This document shows positions 39,102 to 50,360 of a stretch of DNA of 64,000 bases, piece by piece. The notes below the pieces were generated by a model. It was not told the origin of the DNA. It made no database searches and saw only the letters and a list, made by a program, of their open reading frames with translations. Position 1 is the first letter of the stretch; the number at the start of each line of letters is the position of its first letter. Location: positions 54,383 through 118,382 of the forward strand of contig CAWHCQ010000014.1 of assembly GCA_963827755.1 (NCBI GenBank). Reading direction: 5' to 3'. The DNA is from an uncultured Gammaproteobacteria bacterium (GTDB taxonomy: Bacteria > Pseudomonadota > Gammaproteobacteria > UBA9214). Made by a program: the position numbers and the translations under genes.

Positions 39102-40523
39102 ATGACCGATCAGCAAACATACAATTATAAAGTGGTCCGGCAGTTTGCGATCATGGCCATTGTGTGGGCAATCGTCGGTATGGCCGTGGGCGTACTTATT
39201 GCCGCGCAGCTGGCCTGGCCGGCATTGAATTTCGACATTCCATGGCTGACCTTCGGCCGTCTCCGGCCGCTGCACACCAATGCGGTCATTTTTGCCTTCG
39301 GCGGCAGCGCCTTGTTTGCCACCTCCTACTATGTCGTGCAGCGCACCTGCCACGTGCGCCTGATCTTTGACAAGCTGGCGGCATTCACCTTCTGGGGCTG
39401 GCAGCTGATCATCGTCGCCGCGGCCATCACCCTGCCGCTGGGGATTACCCAGAGCAAGGAATACGCCGAGCTGGAATGGCCGATCGATATCCTCATTACA
39501 CTGGTCTGGGTGGCCTACGCCGTGGTGTTCTTCGGAACCATCATGAAACGCCGCATACCGCATATCTACGTGGCCAACTGGTTTTATGGCGCCTTTATTA
39601 TCACCGTCGCGATACTGCATATATTCAATAGTGCGGTTGTACCGATCACCTTGTTTAAATCCTACTCCGCCTATGCCGGGGTACAGGATGCCATGATTCA
39701 ATGGTGGTACGGACATAACGCCGTCGGCTTCTTTCTGACGGCCGGCTTCCTTGGCATGATGTATTATTTCGTACCGAAACAGGCGGGTCGCCCGGTGTAT
39801 TCCTACCGCCTCTCGGTGGTGCATTTCTGGGCACTGATCTTCACTTACATCTGGGCGGGCCCGCACCACTTGCACTACACGGCCCTGCCGGAATGGGCCC
39901 AGTCGCTCGGCATGGTGATGTCACTGATCCTGCTGGCACCGAGCTGGGGCGGCATGATCAACGGCATCATGACCCTGTCGGGTGCCTGGGAGAAACTGCG
40001 CACCGACCCGGTGCTGCGCCTGCTGATCGTGTCGATTTCGTTCTACGGCATGTCCACCTTCGAAGGGCCGATGATGGCCATCAAGACGGTGAACGCACTG
40101 TCGCACTATACCGACTGGACCATCGGCCACGTGCATTCCGGTGCCCTCGGCTGGGTGGCGCTGGTATCCATGGGCAGTCTCTATTACCTGATCCCGCGCC
40201 TGTTCGGGCGCAAGCTGTACAGCCTGAAGCTGGTGGAGGTGCATTTCTGGACCTCGACGATCGGTATCGTGTTGTACATCACCTCGATGTGGGTGGCCGG
40301 CATCATGCAGGGCCTGATGTGGCGCGCCACCAATGCCGACGGCACCCTGACCTACAGCTTCGTGGAATCGGTGCAGGCCATGCATCCGTATTACATCGTG
40401 CGCTTCCTGGGTGGCGCGTTCTTCCTGTTCGGCACCCTGGTGATGGCCTGGAACATCTGGCGAACCATCGCCGGTGCGAAACCGGCCACGGGTACCATCC
40501 CTGTGCCCGCCGCGGCCCATTGA
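39102..40523 (+). CDS. ccoN: cbb3-type cytochrome c oxidase subunit I
   Basis: [45 protein letters not shown]. Confidence 0.98.
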   Translation: MTDQQTYNYKVVRQFAIMAIVWAIVGMAVGVLIAAQLAWPALNFDIPWLTFGRLRPLHTNAVIFAFGGSALFATSYYVVQRTCHVRLIFDKLAAFTFWGWQLIIVAAAITLPLGITQSKEYAELEWPIDILITLVWVAYAVVFFGTIMKRRIPHIYVANWFYGAFIITVAILHIFNSAVVPITLFKSYSAYAGVQDAMIQWWYGHNAVGFFLTAGFLGMMYYFVPKQAGRPVYSYRLSVVHFWALIFTYIWAGPHHLHYTALPEWAQSLGMVMSLILLAPSWGGMINGIMTLSGAWEKLRTDPVLRLLIVSISFYGMSTFEGPMMAIKTVNALSHYTDWTIGHVHSGALGWVALVSMGSLYYLIPRLFGRKLYSLKLVEVHFWTSTIGIVLYITSMWVAGIMQGLMWRATNADGTLTYSFVESVQAMHPYYIVRFLGGAFFLFGTLVMAWNIWRTIAGAKPATGTIPVPAAAH

Positions 40524-40533
40524 GGAGAAGATC

Positions 40534-41148
40534 ATGGCGAGTGGACATGAGAAAGTAGAAAAAAACATCGGCTTGATGATCATTCTGATCATCATCGTCG
40601 TGTCTATCGGTGGCCTGGTGCAGATCGTGCCATTGTTTTTCCAGCAGTCCACGACGGAGGCCGTCGCCGGGCTGAAACCGTATTCGGCGTTACGTCTTGC
40701 CGGGCGTGATGTCTATATCCGCGAGGGCTGTTACCTGTGCCATTCGCAGATGATTCGTCCGTTCCGCGCCGAGACCGAGCGCTACGGGCACTACTCGGTG
40801 GCCGGCGAGTTCGTCTACGACCGGCCATTCCAGTGGGGTTCGAAGCGCACCGGTCCTGACCTGCACCGTGTCGGCGGGCGCTACAGCGATGAGTGGCACC
40901 GGGTGCACCTGGTGAATCCGCGTGACGTGGTGCCCGAGTCGATCATGCCGGGCTACCCGTGGCTGGAGGAAACAGCCGCCGATGCCTCTGCCATCAGCAA
41001 GAAGATGGAAGTGCTGCGCCTGCTGGGTGCGCCTTATAGCGATGCTGAAATAGAAAACGCGCCAGCAGCACTGCAGGGCAAGACCGAAATGGATGCCCTG
41101 ATTGCCTATTTGCAAGAACTGGGTACCGCGATCAAGGTGCGGAGATAA
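40534..41148 (+). CDS. ccoO: cbb3 oxidase subunit II
   Basis: [30 protein letters not shown]. Confidence 0.97.
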   Translation: MASGHEKVEKNIGLMIILIIIVVSIGGLVQIVPLFFQQSTTEAVAGLKPYSALRLAGRDVYIREGCYLCHSQMIRPFRAETERYGHYSVAGEFVYDRPFQWGSKRTGPDLHRVGGRYSDEWHRVHLVNPRDVVPESIMPGYPWLEETAADASAISKKMEVLRLLGAPYSDAEIENAPAALQGKTEMDALIAYLQELGTAIKVRR

Positions 41149-41152
41149 CGGC

Positions 41153-41335
41153 ATGGATTATTCAATCATCCAGTCGGTGTGGACCATCGTGGTCCTGGTG
41201 CTGTTTGTCGGGATCGTTGTGTGGGCCTGGAGCGGCAAGCGCAAGCAACGTTTTGACGAGGCAGCGAATATCCCCTTCGATGAGGATGACAGCTTGCCTG
41301 AAGATAATACTTCCAAGGAGAACTCCCATGGCTGA
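41153..41335 (+). CDS. ccoQ: cbb3 oxidase subunit IV
   Basis: Single TM, WAWSGKRKQRFDEAANIPF. Confidence 0.9.
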   Translation: MDYSIIQSVWTIVVLVLFVGIVVWAWSGKRKQRFDEAANIPFDEDDSLPEDNTSKENSHG

Positions 41336-42248
41336 TTTCACCAGCGGCTTCTGGAACTTTTACATCATCATTCCGACAGTCCTCGGGATCATCGCCTGCT
41401 TCCTGCTGATCCGCTGGTTGTCTGCAGACATTCCTGCCGACCAGCAAGGCAAGAAGATGGACCATGTCTGGGACGAGGACCTGGTTGAGCTGAACAATCC
41501 GCTGCCTCGCTGGTGGCTGAACCTGTTCTACATCACCCTGGTTTTTGGTATCGGCTACCTGCTGTTGTACCCGGGGCTGGGCACCTTCAAGGGTCTGCTG
41601 GGCTGGACCGCAGCCGGGCAATACCAGCGCGAGGTTGACCTTGCCGATGCGAAGTATGGACAACTCTTCAAGCGTTACGCAGATATGGATATTGTCTCGG
41701 TTGCGGCAGACCCCGATGCCCGACGCATGGGCGAACGCCTGTTTGTGAGTTACTGCGCAACCTGCCATGGTTCGGATGCACGCGGTGCGCGCGGTTTTCC
41801 GAACCTGCGCGACAATGACTGGCTCTATGGCGGCGCACCGGAAACCATCCAGCAGACCATACTCGGCGGTCGTAACGGTGTGATGCCTGCCTGGGAATCT
41901 GCGCTGGGCGGTGAAGCCGGCGTTGCCGATATGACCGAGTATGTGTTCAGTCTTAGTGGCCGCATGGTAGATGAGGAGGGCGCAAGGCGTGGCAAGGAAA
42001 AATATGCAATGCTGTGCGTGGCCTGTCATGCAGCCGACGGTACCGGTAACCAGCTGCTCGGCGCACCGAACCTGACCGACAACATCTGGCTGTATGGCGG
42101 CTCGCGTACGCGCGTGATGGAGTCGATCGCAAAGGGTCGCAACGGTCAAATGCCGGCACAGCAGGAGTTTCTCGGCACGGAGAAGGCACACCTGCTGGCG
42201 GCTTACGTCTACAGTTTACAAACCGGGCAGGCTGGCGGCACCGAGTAG
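41328..42248 (+). CDS. ccoP: cbb3 oxidase subunit III
   Basis: HVWDEDL.ELNNPLPRWW, CATCH, CVACH, GAPNL.D.IWLYGG. Confidence 0.96.
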   Translation: MADFTSGFWNFYIIIPTVLGIIACFLLIRWLSADIPADQQGKKMDHVWDEDLVELNNPLPRWWLNLFYITLVFGIGYLLLYPGLGTFKGLLGWTAAGQYQREVDLADAKYGQLFKRYADMDIVSVAADPDARRMGERLFVSYCATCHGSDARGARGFPNLRDNDWLYGGAPETIQQTILGGRNGVMPAWESALGGEAGVADMTEYVFSLSGRMVDEEGARRGKEKYAMLCVACHAADGTGNQLLGAPNLTDNIWLYGGSRTRVMESIAKGRNGQMPAQQEFLGTEKAHLLAAYVYSLQTGQAGGTE

Positions 42249-42277
42249 GCCGGTAGTCTGCTGGTGAATCTACCGAC

Positions 42278-42553
42278 ATGACGGAAAAGCAGATACCGAA
42301 TTTGCAGAAATGTATCGCGGTATTGTGGCCTTCCTTCCTGGTGGCCATTGTTGCGACCGGGTTGTTTTTTTCCGCGTTTGACCCGGATGAGCTGTACCCG
42401 TTCGGTGAAGGTGTCGAGGTCAGCCGGCTCGGCATTTACTCGATCGGCTTCCTGTGTTTCTGGCTGATATCGACCCTCTCGGGTATTGGTACCCTGTATT
42501 TTGCCATCACCAACTGCATGCGCCAGCCCCCGAATAACGGGCCCGCCAAGTAA
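42278..42553 (+). CDS. Small membrane protein commonly found in cco clusters
   Basis: LWPSFLVA...FFSAFDP..L...SRLGIYSIGF. Confidence 0.7.
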   Translation: MTEKQIPNLQKCIAVLWPSFLVAIVATGLFFSAFDPDELYPFGEGVEVSRLGIYSIGFLCFWLISTLSGIGTLYFAITNCMRQPPNNGPAK

Positions 42554-42559
42554 CGCCGG

Positions 42560-43973
42560 ATGACTGACGATTCAAAAACGCCGGCCCCGGCTGGCGCTGA
42601 TGATGAACGGGTCTTACAGTCCCTCTACGCCAAGGCAGAAAAGATTTACCCGCGCGAGGTGCATGGCCTGTATGCGCGCCTGCGTACACTCGGCGTACTC
42701 GGTCTGCTCGGTATTTACTATATCCTGCCGTGGCTGCAGCTGGGACGGCCACCAGGCCCTGTTGCTGGATCTGCCGGCACGCAAGTTCCATATCTTTTTC
42801 ATCACCCTGTGGCCGCAGGATTTCATCTACCTTGCCGCACTGCTGATTATTGCCGGCCTCACGCTGTTTTTTGTAACCGCCATCGCCGGGCGCATCTGGT
42901 GCGGTTACGCCTGCCCGCAAACGGTCTGGACCGAGGCGTTTCTCTGGATTGAACGCAAGGTTGAAGGTGACCGCATGAAGCAGAAGAAGCTTGACGCGCA
43001 ACCGCTGACTGCGCGCAAGTTCCGCATCAAGGCGACCAAGCATTTTCTCTGGATTGCCTTTTCCGGCTGGACCGGGTTTACCTTCGTTGGCTACTTCACG
43101 CCGATCATCGAGCTTGGCCAGCGCCTGCTTGTATTTGATCTCGGGCCCTGGGAAACCTTCTGGGTCATCTTCTATGGCTTTGCGACCTACGGGAATGCCG
43201 GCTGGATGCGCGAGCAGGTGTGCAAGTACATGTGTCCCTATGCACGTTTCCAGAGTGCCATGTTCGACAAGGATACATTGATAATTTCCTACATTAAGGA
43301 TCGTGGCGAACCGCGCGGTTCACGCAAGCGCAGTGCCGATCCGCAGGCCCTGGGCCTGGGGGCCTGTATCGACTGTACGCTGTGTGTGCAGGTCTGTCCG
43401 ACCGGTATTGATATCCGTGAAGGCCTGCAATACGACTGCATCGCCTGTTCGGCGTGCATTGATGCCTGCGATGACGTGATGGACAAGATGGGCTACGACA
43501 GGGGGCTCATCAAGTACACCACGGAAAATGAAATGCAAGGCGAGACAACGCATATCCTCCGCCCGCGCATCATCATTTACGCACTCATCCTGCTGGCAAT
43601 CATCGGGCTGCTTGCCTATTCATTTGCAATGCGCGTGCCGCTGGGCCTGGATGTGATCCGTGACCGCAACCAGCTGTATCGTGAAACCAGTGAAGGGCTG
43701 ATTGAAAATGTCTATACGCTGAAGATTCTCAACATGGACGATGCACGGCACAATTTCCGGCTGGAAGCATCGGGTATTGACGGTCTCGAAATACACATGG
43801 ATCTGCGGGAGATCAGCGTGCCTGCCGGCGGGGTGCTTGAATTGCCGGTAAGGCTGCGTGCGGATGAGGCAGACCTGGAGGCACGCAGCAGCGAGGTCAG
43901 GTTTAAACTGGTCGCAGCAGATACGCCGGCCCTGGTTGCCGAAGAGGAGGCCCGCTTCCTCGGGCCCCGTTAG
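42560..43973 (+). CDS. ccoG: CcoG/FixG Fe-S accessory protein (frameshift near 42740)
   Basis: KIYPREV.G, AGRIWCGYACPQTVWT, CKYMCPYARFQ, CIDCTLCVQVCPTGIDIR, CIACSACIDAC. Confidence 0.93.
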
Positions 43974-43993
43974 CAAAACCCTGAAGAGGATCT

Positions 43994-44530
43994 ATGCCTG
44001 TAAATGCGATGACTGGAACGAGACGCTGGTACCGTGAACCCTGGGTGTGGCTGTTGATCGCACTGCCAATGTCGGCGGTGGTTGGTGGCATGATTACCAT
44101 CTACCTGGCAGTCACGAGCAGTGACGGGCTGGTGGTGGACGATTATTACAAGCGTGGCAAGGCTATCAACCTTGACCTGGCCCGGGACCAGGCAGCAGCC
44201 GGTTATCAAGTCCAGGCAATACTGCGAATCGATTCGCCACCCGGGCAGATAACGGTGGCGCTGGAATCCCGCGACCAGCTGCAACCGGCGCATCTCAGGC
44301 TGTTGGTATTGCATCCTTCACGCCCGGGACACGACCAGACTGTCCTGCTGATGCCTGTCGGTGATGGAATATACCGCGGTCCGCTCGGCCCGGTTGCAGC
44401 CGCCAACTGGTATGTGCAGCTGGAAGCCGACGACTGGCGCCTGTCAGGCAGGGCAGCATTGCCCCGGGACACGCCAATCAGGCTCGAACCGCAGCAGCTG
44501 GCGGATCCCGCCAGCCCTGCCAGCCGCTAG
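43994..44530 (+). CDS. ccoH: FixH/CcoH family protein
   Basis: WYREPWVWLLIALP, DGLVVDDYYKRG.AIN, HP...GHDQ. Confidence 0.88.
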   Translation: MPVNAMTGTRRWYREPWVWLLIALPMSAVVGGMITIYLAVTSSDGLVVDDYYKRGKAINLDLARDQAAAGYQVQAILRIDSPPGQITVALESRDQLQPAHLRLLVLHPSRPGHDQTVLLMPVGDGIYRGPLGPVAAANWYVQLEADDWRLSGRAALPRDTPIRLEPQQLADPASPASR

Positions 44531-44553
44531 CCGACCGGTTCTTATTCAAGCCG

Positions 44554-45268
44554 ATGGTCAATATGGGGACAGAACTGACGCTGGGCGCGGCATTCCTGGT
44601 CGGATTGCTGGGTTCTACCCACTGTATCGGCATGTGTGGTGGCATCGTCGGGGCACTGACACTCGGTCTCGATGATCCTGTGCGCAGGTCTTCTCGCCGT
44701 CTGCCGGCATTTCTGCTTGCCTATAACAGTGGCCGCATTCTCAGCTATAGCATCGCGGGCGGGTTGTCAGGCCTGCTCGGGGGGCAGTTTGCAAGACTTG
44801 ATCCGGGCATCGATTTCCCCGTGGGAGGATTCATAGCCGGCCTGTTCATGATCGCGCTCGGTTTTTACCTGACGGGGTGGTGGCAGGTACTACTCGTGCT
44901 GGAGAAACTGGGGGCACGGCTGTGGCGGCACATCGAACCGCTGGGGCGGCGTCTTTTACCGGTCACCAGCCTGCCACAGGCATTTGCGCTGGGCATGCTC
45001 TGGGGCTGGCTGCCCTGCGGGCTTGTCTATGCCGCACTTGCATGGTCACTGACCACGGCGAGATGCAGGCCAGGGTGCATTGTTGATGTTCGGTTTTGGC
45101 CTGGGAACGCTGCCGATGCTCCTCCTGATGGGAGGCGCCGCAGAACAATTGAACCGGTTTATGCGTTCCCCTCGCGCACGGCAGCTTGCCGGCCTGATTA
45201 TTATCGCCCTGGGTGTGTATGTATTGTCGGCTGCATTCCAGGGGGGCGCACATGTGCATCATCATTGA
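44554..45268 (+). CDS. DsbD_2 / TauE-SafE-like cytochrome biogenesis membrane protein (frameshift near 45065)
   Basis: STHCIGMCGGI, YNSGRILSY, GWLPCGLVY, continuation M..FGLGTLP in another frame. Confidence 0.85.
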
Positions 45269-45300
45269 ATCGATATGTATGGGATGACTATAAAAAAAGC

Positions 45301-45328
45301 TTGAATTTTCATCATTCGGCCTTAGAAT
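45301..45328 (+). promoter_or_regulatory. Sigma70 promoter of the spe operon
   Basis: TTGAAT-16 bp-TAGAAT, about 130 nt upstream of speD. Confidence 0.55.
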
Positions 45329-45458
45329 TCGTCGCTCGACAGGCCATGCTCCAGAGAGTATTTATGAATATCCGCAGTTAGCGCTGCTTCCGGGACGGAA
45401 CTCTTCCCTGGCTGGTGTCAGTGCTATGTGAACAAGCTGGGTTAGAGGAGATATAAAC

Positions 45459-45932
45459 ATGCATGTAGTCGCCCCCGAAGAGGTGGAGCTGGAAGTTCCC
45501 ACCGAGGATTCGGGCCGTTGGAATCATCAATTACCGATCGATGAGCCGGCGGCCGAGAAAGACCACTTCATTCGTCGCAATGGTGTCGAATTTGCCGGCA
45601 CCCACCTGTTGCTTGACCTCTGGGATGCAAGCAATCTGGACAGTCTGGAACACATTGAGCGCGCCATGCGCGATTGTGTCGATGCCTGTGGCGCGACATT
45701 GTTGCATATTCACTTGCACCATTTTACGCCCAGCGGCGGCGTATCCGGTGTTGCCGTACTGGCCGAATCCCACATCAGCGTACACACCTGGCCCGAGCGA
45801 CATTACGCGGCCTTTGATGTGTTTATGTGCGGGGATGCACGACCGGAAAATGCAATCGCCATTTTGAAACGTGCCTTCCATCCGCGCCGAATCAATGTCT
45901 GTGAAGAGCTGCGTGGCCGGGCAACGCCGTGA
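45459..45932 (+). CDS. speD: S-adenosylmethionine decarboxylase proenzyme
   Basis: [41 protein letters not shown]. Confidence 0.95.
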   Translation: MHVVAPEEVELEVPTEDSGRWNHQLPIDEPAAEKDHFIRRNGVEFAGTHLLLDLWDASNLDSLEHIERAMRDCVDACGATLLHIHLHHFTPSGGVSGVAVLAESHISVHTWPERHYAAFDVFMCGDARPENAIAILKRAFHPRRINVCEELRGRATP

Positions 45933-46777
45933 AATCCTACACCGAGACACTGTATGACTGCTATGGTCAGACGTTCAGTGTCGATAAATGCTACTTCGAA
46001 CATAAAACGGAACACCAGTACCTGGTGATTTTCGAGAATGCACTGTTTGGACGGGTGATGGCGCTCGACGGCATCATCCAGACAACAGAAGCAGACGAAT
46101 TCATTTACCACGAAATGCTGGTGCATGTGCCACTACTGGCGCATGGTGCTGTCAGGGATGTACTTATCGTCGGCGGTGGTGATGGCGGCATCCTCAGGGA
46201 AGTCTGCAAGCACAGGACCGTCGAAAATATCACCCAGGTGGAAATTGACCAGCAGGTCATCGATATGTGCAGGCAGTATCTGCCAAAACACAGTGCAGGT
46301 GCCTTCGATGACCCGCGTGCCAGGATCATCATTGACGACGGTGCACATTTCGTGAACACCACCGGGCAGCGATTCGACGTGATTATTTCCGACAGTACCG
46401 ATCCGATCGGACCCGGCGACGTTTTGTTTACCGAGGATTTTTATGCGGCCTGTAAAAACTGCCTGAAACCAGGTGGCATACTGGTGACGCAGAACGGGGT
46501 GGCCTACATGCAGCTTGATGAAGTGGTGACCACGGACCGGCGTCTACAGCCACACTTCAGGGACCATAGTTTTTACTCTGCGGCGATTCCGACCTACATT
46601 GGCGGCCTGATGACCTTTGCCTGGGCGACTGATAACCCGGAAGTGCGTCAACAATCGCTTGATGTGCTCGAGCAGCGTTTCAGACAGGCAGATATTGCAA
46701 CACGCTACTATACGCCTGCCATCCACCAGGCAAGCTTTGCATTGCCGCGCTACATCCTGGAAGCCATCGAGGCCTGA
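45929..46777 (+). CDS. speE: Spermidine synthase
   Basis: [41 protein letters not shown]. Confidence 0.95.
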   Translation: MKSYTETLYDCYGQTFSVDKCYFEHKTEHQYLVIFENALFGRVMALDGIIQTTEADEFIYHEMLVHVPLLAHGAVRDVLIVGGGDGGILREVCKHRTVENITQVEIDQQVIDMCRQYLPKHSAGAFDDPRARIIIDDGAHFVNTTGQRFDVIISDSTDPIGPGDVLFTEDFYAACKNCLKPGGILVTQNGVAYMQLDEVVTTDRRLQPHFRDHSFYSAAIPTYIGGLMTFAWATDNPEVRQQSLDVLEQRFRQADIATRYYTPAIHQASFALPRYILEAIEA

Positions 46778-46779
46778 TT

Positions 46780-47961
46780 ATGGATCGTCTGAATATTCAG
46801 CCATACGACGCCGGGCAGTATTACCGGCAACTGGTCGCAGAGCACGGTGCACCTCTGTTGCTGCTTGATTGTGACCAACTGGTTAAACAATATCACCAGC
46901 TCGAGCGGGCCTTGCCCGGCGTTGAGCTGTATTACGCCATCAAGTCATTGCCGCATCCAGCGGCTATCCAGACCCTGATCGGGCTGGGTGCCGGCTTTGA
47001 TATAGCCAGTACAGGTGAAATAGAACTGTTACATGAACAGCGCACACTGCCGCGCAGCACAATTCATACCCATCCGATCAAACGCGATACCGATATTCGT
47101 GATGCGCTGCGTTTCGGCTGCACCACTTTCGTTGTCGATAACATATACGAGCTGGAAAAGTTTGTTCCCTACCGTCACCGGATTGGCTTGTTGCTGCGGG
47201 TCAGTTTTCCGAATCCCGAGTCACCCGTTGATTTGTCCCGCAAGTTCGGTTGCCGACCGGAAGAGGTCGAGATACTGATACAGAAGGCCGGGCTAATGGG
47301 TCTGCATGTCAAGGGTCTTTCCTTTCATGCCGGTTCACAGTGCCCGACACCGGAAAACCACGTTTATGCCATCGACAAGTGTCGTGAATTGATGGACCGC
47401 TGTTTGAGCAAAACAGGGAAGCTGTTGTCCATCCTCGATATCGGTGGCGGCTTCCCGGTTGAGTATGTGGGTCCCGCCATGGACACAGAAACATTCTGTC
47501 AGCCTGTCAGGCAGGCACTGTCGAAGTTACCGGAGCATGTCCGGATGATTGCAGAGCCGGGACGATACTTGTCGGCGCCTTCGATGACGGCCATCAGTTC
47601 TGTTAGCGGCAAGGCGCGTCGCGGTGATGTCGTCTGGTATTACCTGGATGATGGCGTGTATGGCTCCTATAGCGGCCAGTTATTTGATCATGCCACCTAT
47701 CCGTTAACCGTATTCAGTGATCACTCGCAGAGGGAAAGCGCGGTCCTGGCCGGGCCCACTTGTGACAGTATCGATGTCATCGCCGAGGGCCTGCAGTTAC
47801 CACACCTGAACATGGGCGACCTGGTTGTTGGCAGGCATATGGGTGCGTACACATCTGCAAGCGCAACAGACTTTAATCTGCTGGCCAGGGCGAAAATCAT
47901 CGTGATGAATCAACGCTTCACCCCGGCCGCAGGGATCACTGATATACGTGAGAGTATTTGA
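46780..47961 (+). CDS. Fold-type III PLP ornithine/lysine decarboxylase
   Basis: YYAIKS, FDIASTGE, KFGC, SFHAGSQ, LDIGGGFP, EPGRY, GPTCDSID, GAYT. Confidence 0.88.
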   Translation: MDRLNIQPYDAGQYYRQLVAEHGAPLLLLDCDQLVKQYHQLERALPGVELYYAIKSLPHPAAIQTLIGLGAGFDIASTGEIELLHEQRTLPRSTIHTHPIKRDTDIRDALRFGCTTFVVDNIYELEKFVPYRHRIGLLLRVSFPNPESPVDLSRKFGCRPEEVEILIQKAGLMGLHVKGLSFHAGSQCPTPENHVYAIDKCRELMDRCLSKTGKLLSILDIGGGFPVEYVGPAMDTETFCQPVRQALSKLPEHVRMIAEPGRYLSAPSMTAISSVSGKARRGDVVWYYLDDGVYGSYSGQLFDHATYPLTVFSDHSQRESAVLAGPTCDSIDVIAEGLQLPHLNMGDLVVGRHMGAYTSASATDFNLLARAKIIVMNQRFTPAAGITDIRESI

Positions 47962-48122
47962 GTCGGGCTCTATAGTTCAGCAGGATACCCATGCAGGTAT
48001 ATTCGCGAATGTAACATCTTTCAGGGCTACGAACCTGGTCACGGTCAGACATCCACCGGTGTGGCGGCAGGCAGTTGCCCGTATGCACTGTAAAACCTGC
48101 GCTTCTCTGGCAAATAAAACTA

Positions 48123-49535
48123 TTACTTAAGCCTGTGGGGAAGGATGACGTGAAAATATGCAGACATCAGCAGCAGGACGATCAGTGAATAAGCAGCTGC
48201 GGTCAGGCTAACCTTGCGGCGTATTAAAGCGATAAAGGCCAGCAAGGCCAGGCTGGCAATCGATGCGATATATACCCGGACAGTCAATAAATGGCTTCCA
48301 ATGACTTCCCACAGCAGGGTAAAGGCAACTCTGTCCGTCGAGCTGCGGTCCCGGGTAATGGTCTCCAGGGCCTTGTCGGGATCGGCGAGTGCAAACAGCA
48401 TGATCCCGGTGACAAGTGCCAGTGCAAGCGTCACAAGTGATGCTGAAATAACCGCCCCTGTCCGGTAACGCGAGAAGTCGAATAAAAGCTGCCGCCAGTA
48501 CCAGCCAACCAGGATTGCAGCTGCCGGAATAATCGGCAGCAGGTAACGCCCGGCTTTTTTGCCGCCGAGGCTGAACAGGATCAGTCCGCCAAGAAACCAG
48601 ATCAGAACCAACAACAGCGTTCGTTGTTTTTCCCGACGTATGTGAATAGCCGCCTGCCAAAGCGCCACGGGCAGGAACAGGGACCAGGGAAACATTCCGC
48701 CAAGCAGGTGAAGCAGGTAATACCAGGGCTTTGACTGTGCTTCAGCTGCCGCTTCACCTTCCAGCCAGTTGCGAAACTCGCCCAGAAACATGTTGTCGAC
48801 CAGTTCCGCCGGTGCGGCAAGGATGACATACAGGTACCAGGGCAAGGCAATGCCGAGCATCAGCAGAATGCCCTGCCAGGGAAATAAAGCCTTGAGCGTG
48901 GTTTTATGGCCCGCGGTGAGCACTACAGCAGGGACGTGCCGCGCCCCGGCGGGCCTTTGGCCAGTATGGCCGGACCGGTGGAGACAAAGAACAATACCAG
49001 CGGGAGGGTCCTGTCCTCCTTGCGAACAGCCGCTTCCAGTCCAACCATGGCACAGAACAACAAGTGCCGTGAAAAGCAGGTCGATTCTGGCGGTCACGCC
49101 GAAATCAAGGAAAAGGCCGCTGCAGGCCAGTACCAGTACTGAAAATGCCCCGGTTTGCTCGTCAAACATGCGCGAGGCAAGCCTGTAGACCAGCAACAGG
49201 CACAACATTGCTGACAAAATACTGGGTATGCGCAGGGAAAAATTTGCCCAGTCAAAGGGGCGGGCAGATGCGACCAGGAGCCAGTGAAACAGGGGTGGTT
49301 TGGTTAACGATTCTGCAGTGACTTCACCGCGCAGGCTTGGCAGCAGATAATCGCCGCGCTCGTACATTTCACGTGCAATCTCGGCGGCCCTGGATTCGCC
49401 TGCCCCTGTGACGTCGAGATCAACCGCGCCCAGATAGAGTACCCCGACAACCAGCATGGTCAGAAACACGATTAACACGGTACTGGAATTACGCTCGGTA
49501 ATCATGCTGCTCCTGGTAATGCCCGGAATAATCAA
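48123..49535 (-). CDS. ArnT/GT39-like lipid-linked glycosyltransferase (compensating frameshifts near 48930-49050; C-terminus possibly truncated)
   Basis: ESRAAEIAREM, TKPPLFHW, LRIPS, ARID, AKGP (other frame), PWSLFLP, KAGRYLLP. Confidence 0.75.
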   Translation of the reverse strand: MIIPGITRSSMITERNSSTVLIVFLTMLVVGVLYLGAVDLDVTGAGESRAAEIAREMYERGDYLLPSLRGEVTAESLTKPPLFHWLLVASARPFDWANFSLRIPSILSAMLCLLLVYRLASRMFDEQTGAFSVLVLACSGLFLDFGVTARIDLLFTALVVLCHGWTGSGCSQGGQDPPAGIVLCLHRSGHTGQRPAGARHVPAVVLTAGHKTTLKALFPWQGILLMLGIALPWYLYVILAAPAELVDNMFLGEFRNWLEGEAAAEAQSKPWYYLLHLLGGMFPWSLFLPVALWQAAIHIRREKQRTLLLVLIWFLGGLILFSLGGKKAGRYLLPIIPAAAILVGWYWRQLLFDFSRYRTGAVISASLVTLALALVTGIMLFALADPDKALETITRDRSSTDRVAFTLLWEVIGSHLLTVRVYIASIASLALLAFIALIRRKVSLTAAAYSLIVLLLMSAYFHVILPHRLK

Positions 49536-49636
49536 GAACCGTCGATATTATATGTTTACAGGGTTGGGTATGATAATCAAGGCAGTGAGGAAATAGCTTG
49601 CCAGGCCCCCCGTTTTGCACCAGGCAGGATAAATAT

Positions 49637-50354
49637 ATGAATTTGTCCATCATCATCCCCGTCTATAACGAGGGAGAGAATGTCCGGCAACTGATTGATG
49701 AGATATCGATTCACATGGATGAGCAAACGGACTATGAAATCATAGTTGTTGATGACGCCAGTAGCGATGATACATCTGCGGTACTTGTTAAATGCCGTGA
49801 CAAATACGGTCAATTAAGGGTGTTGTGCCACAGGGAGCGATGCGGACAAAGTACGGCCATTGCAACAGGTGTGGAGGCAGCTGTGGCGCCATGGATTGTG
49901 ACGCTGGACGGCGATGGCCAGAATGATCCGGCAGATATCCTGAAATTGTATCGTGCCATGCAGGAAGCAGGTGATCGCGTCTGGCTGATTGCAGGTTACC
50001 GCAAGAAAGCGTAATGACACCCTGTTAAAACGATTCTCGTCGCGTCTTGCCAACTCGGTGCGCGGATTTGTTTTAAAAGACAATACGCCTGACACCGGGT
50101 GCGGGCTGAAGGTATTCTCTCGCGATACCTTTCTCAGCCTGCCACGTTTCGATCATATGCATCGTTTTCTGCCTGCACTTGTTCAGCGCCAGGGCGGTGA
50201 AATCCTGTCGGTTGAGGTCAATCACCGTCCCCGGCTGCGGGGGCAATCCAAGTATGGTGTTCACAACCGCCTGTGGGCAGGCATCGTGGATATGCTTGGG
50301 GTCATGTGGCTGCAGCGGCGCGTTAAACACCCGGTGGTGTACGAGCCCGAATAG
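49637..50354 (+). CDS. GT2 polyprenol-phosphate glycosyltransferase (frameshift near 50005)
   Basis: SIIIPVYNE, VDDASSD, GQSTA, TLDGDGQNDPAD, DTGCGLK, HMHRFLPAL, NHRPR..GQSKYG. Confidence 0.88.
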
Positions 50355-50360
50355 CCATTA

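Noticed and set aside
45338-45419. tRNA gene (cloverleaf-like fold)
   Set aside because: No TTCGA T-loop, D-loop GG, 7-nt anticodon loop or 7-bp acceptor stem
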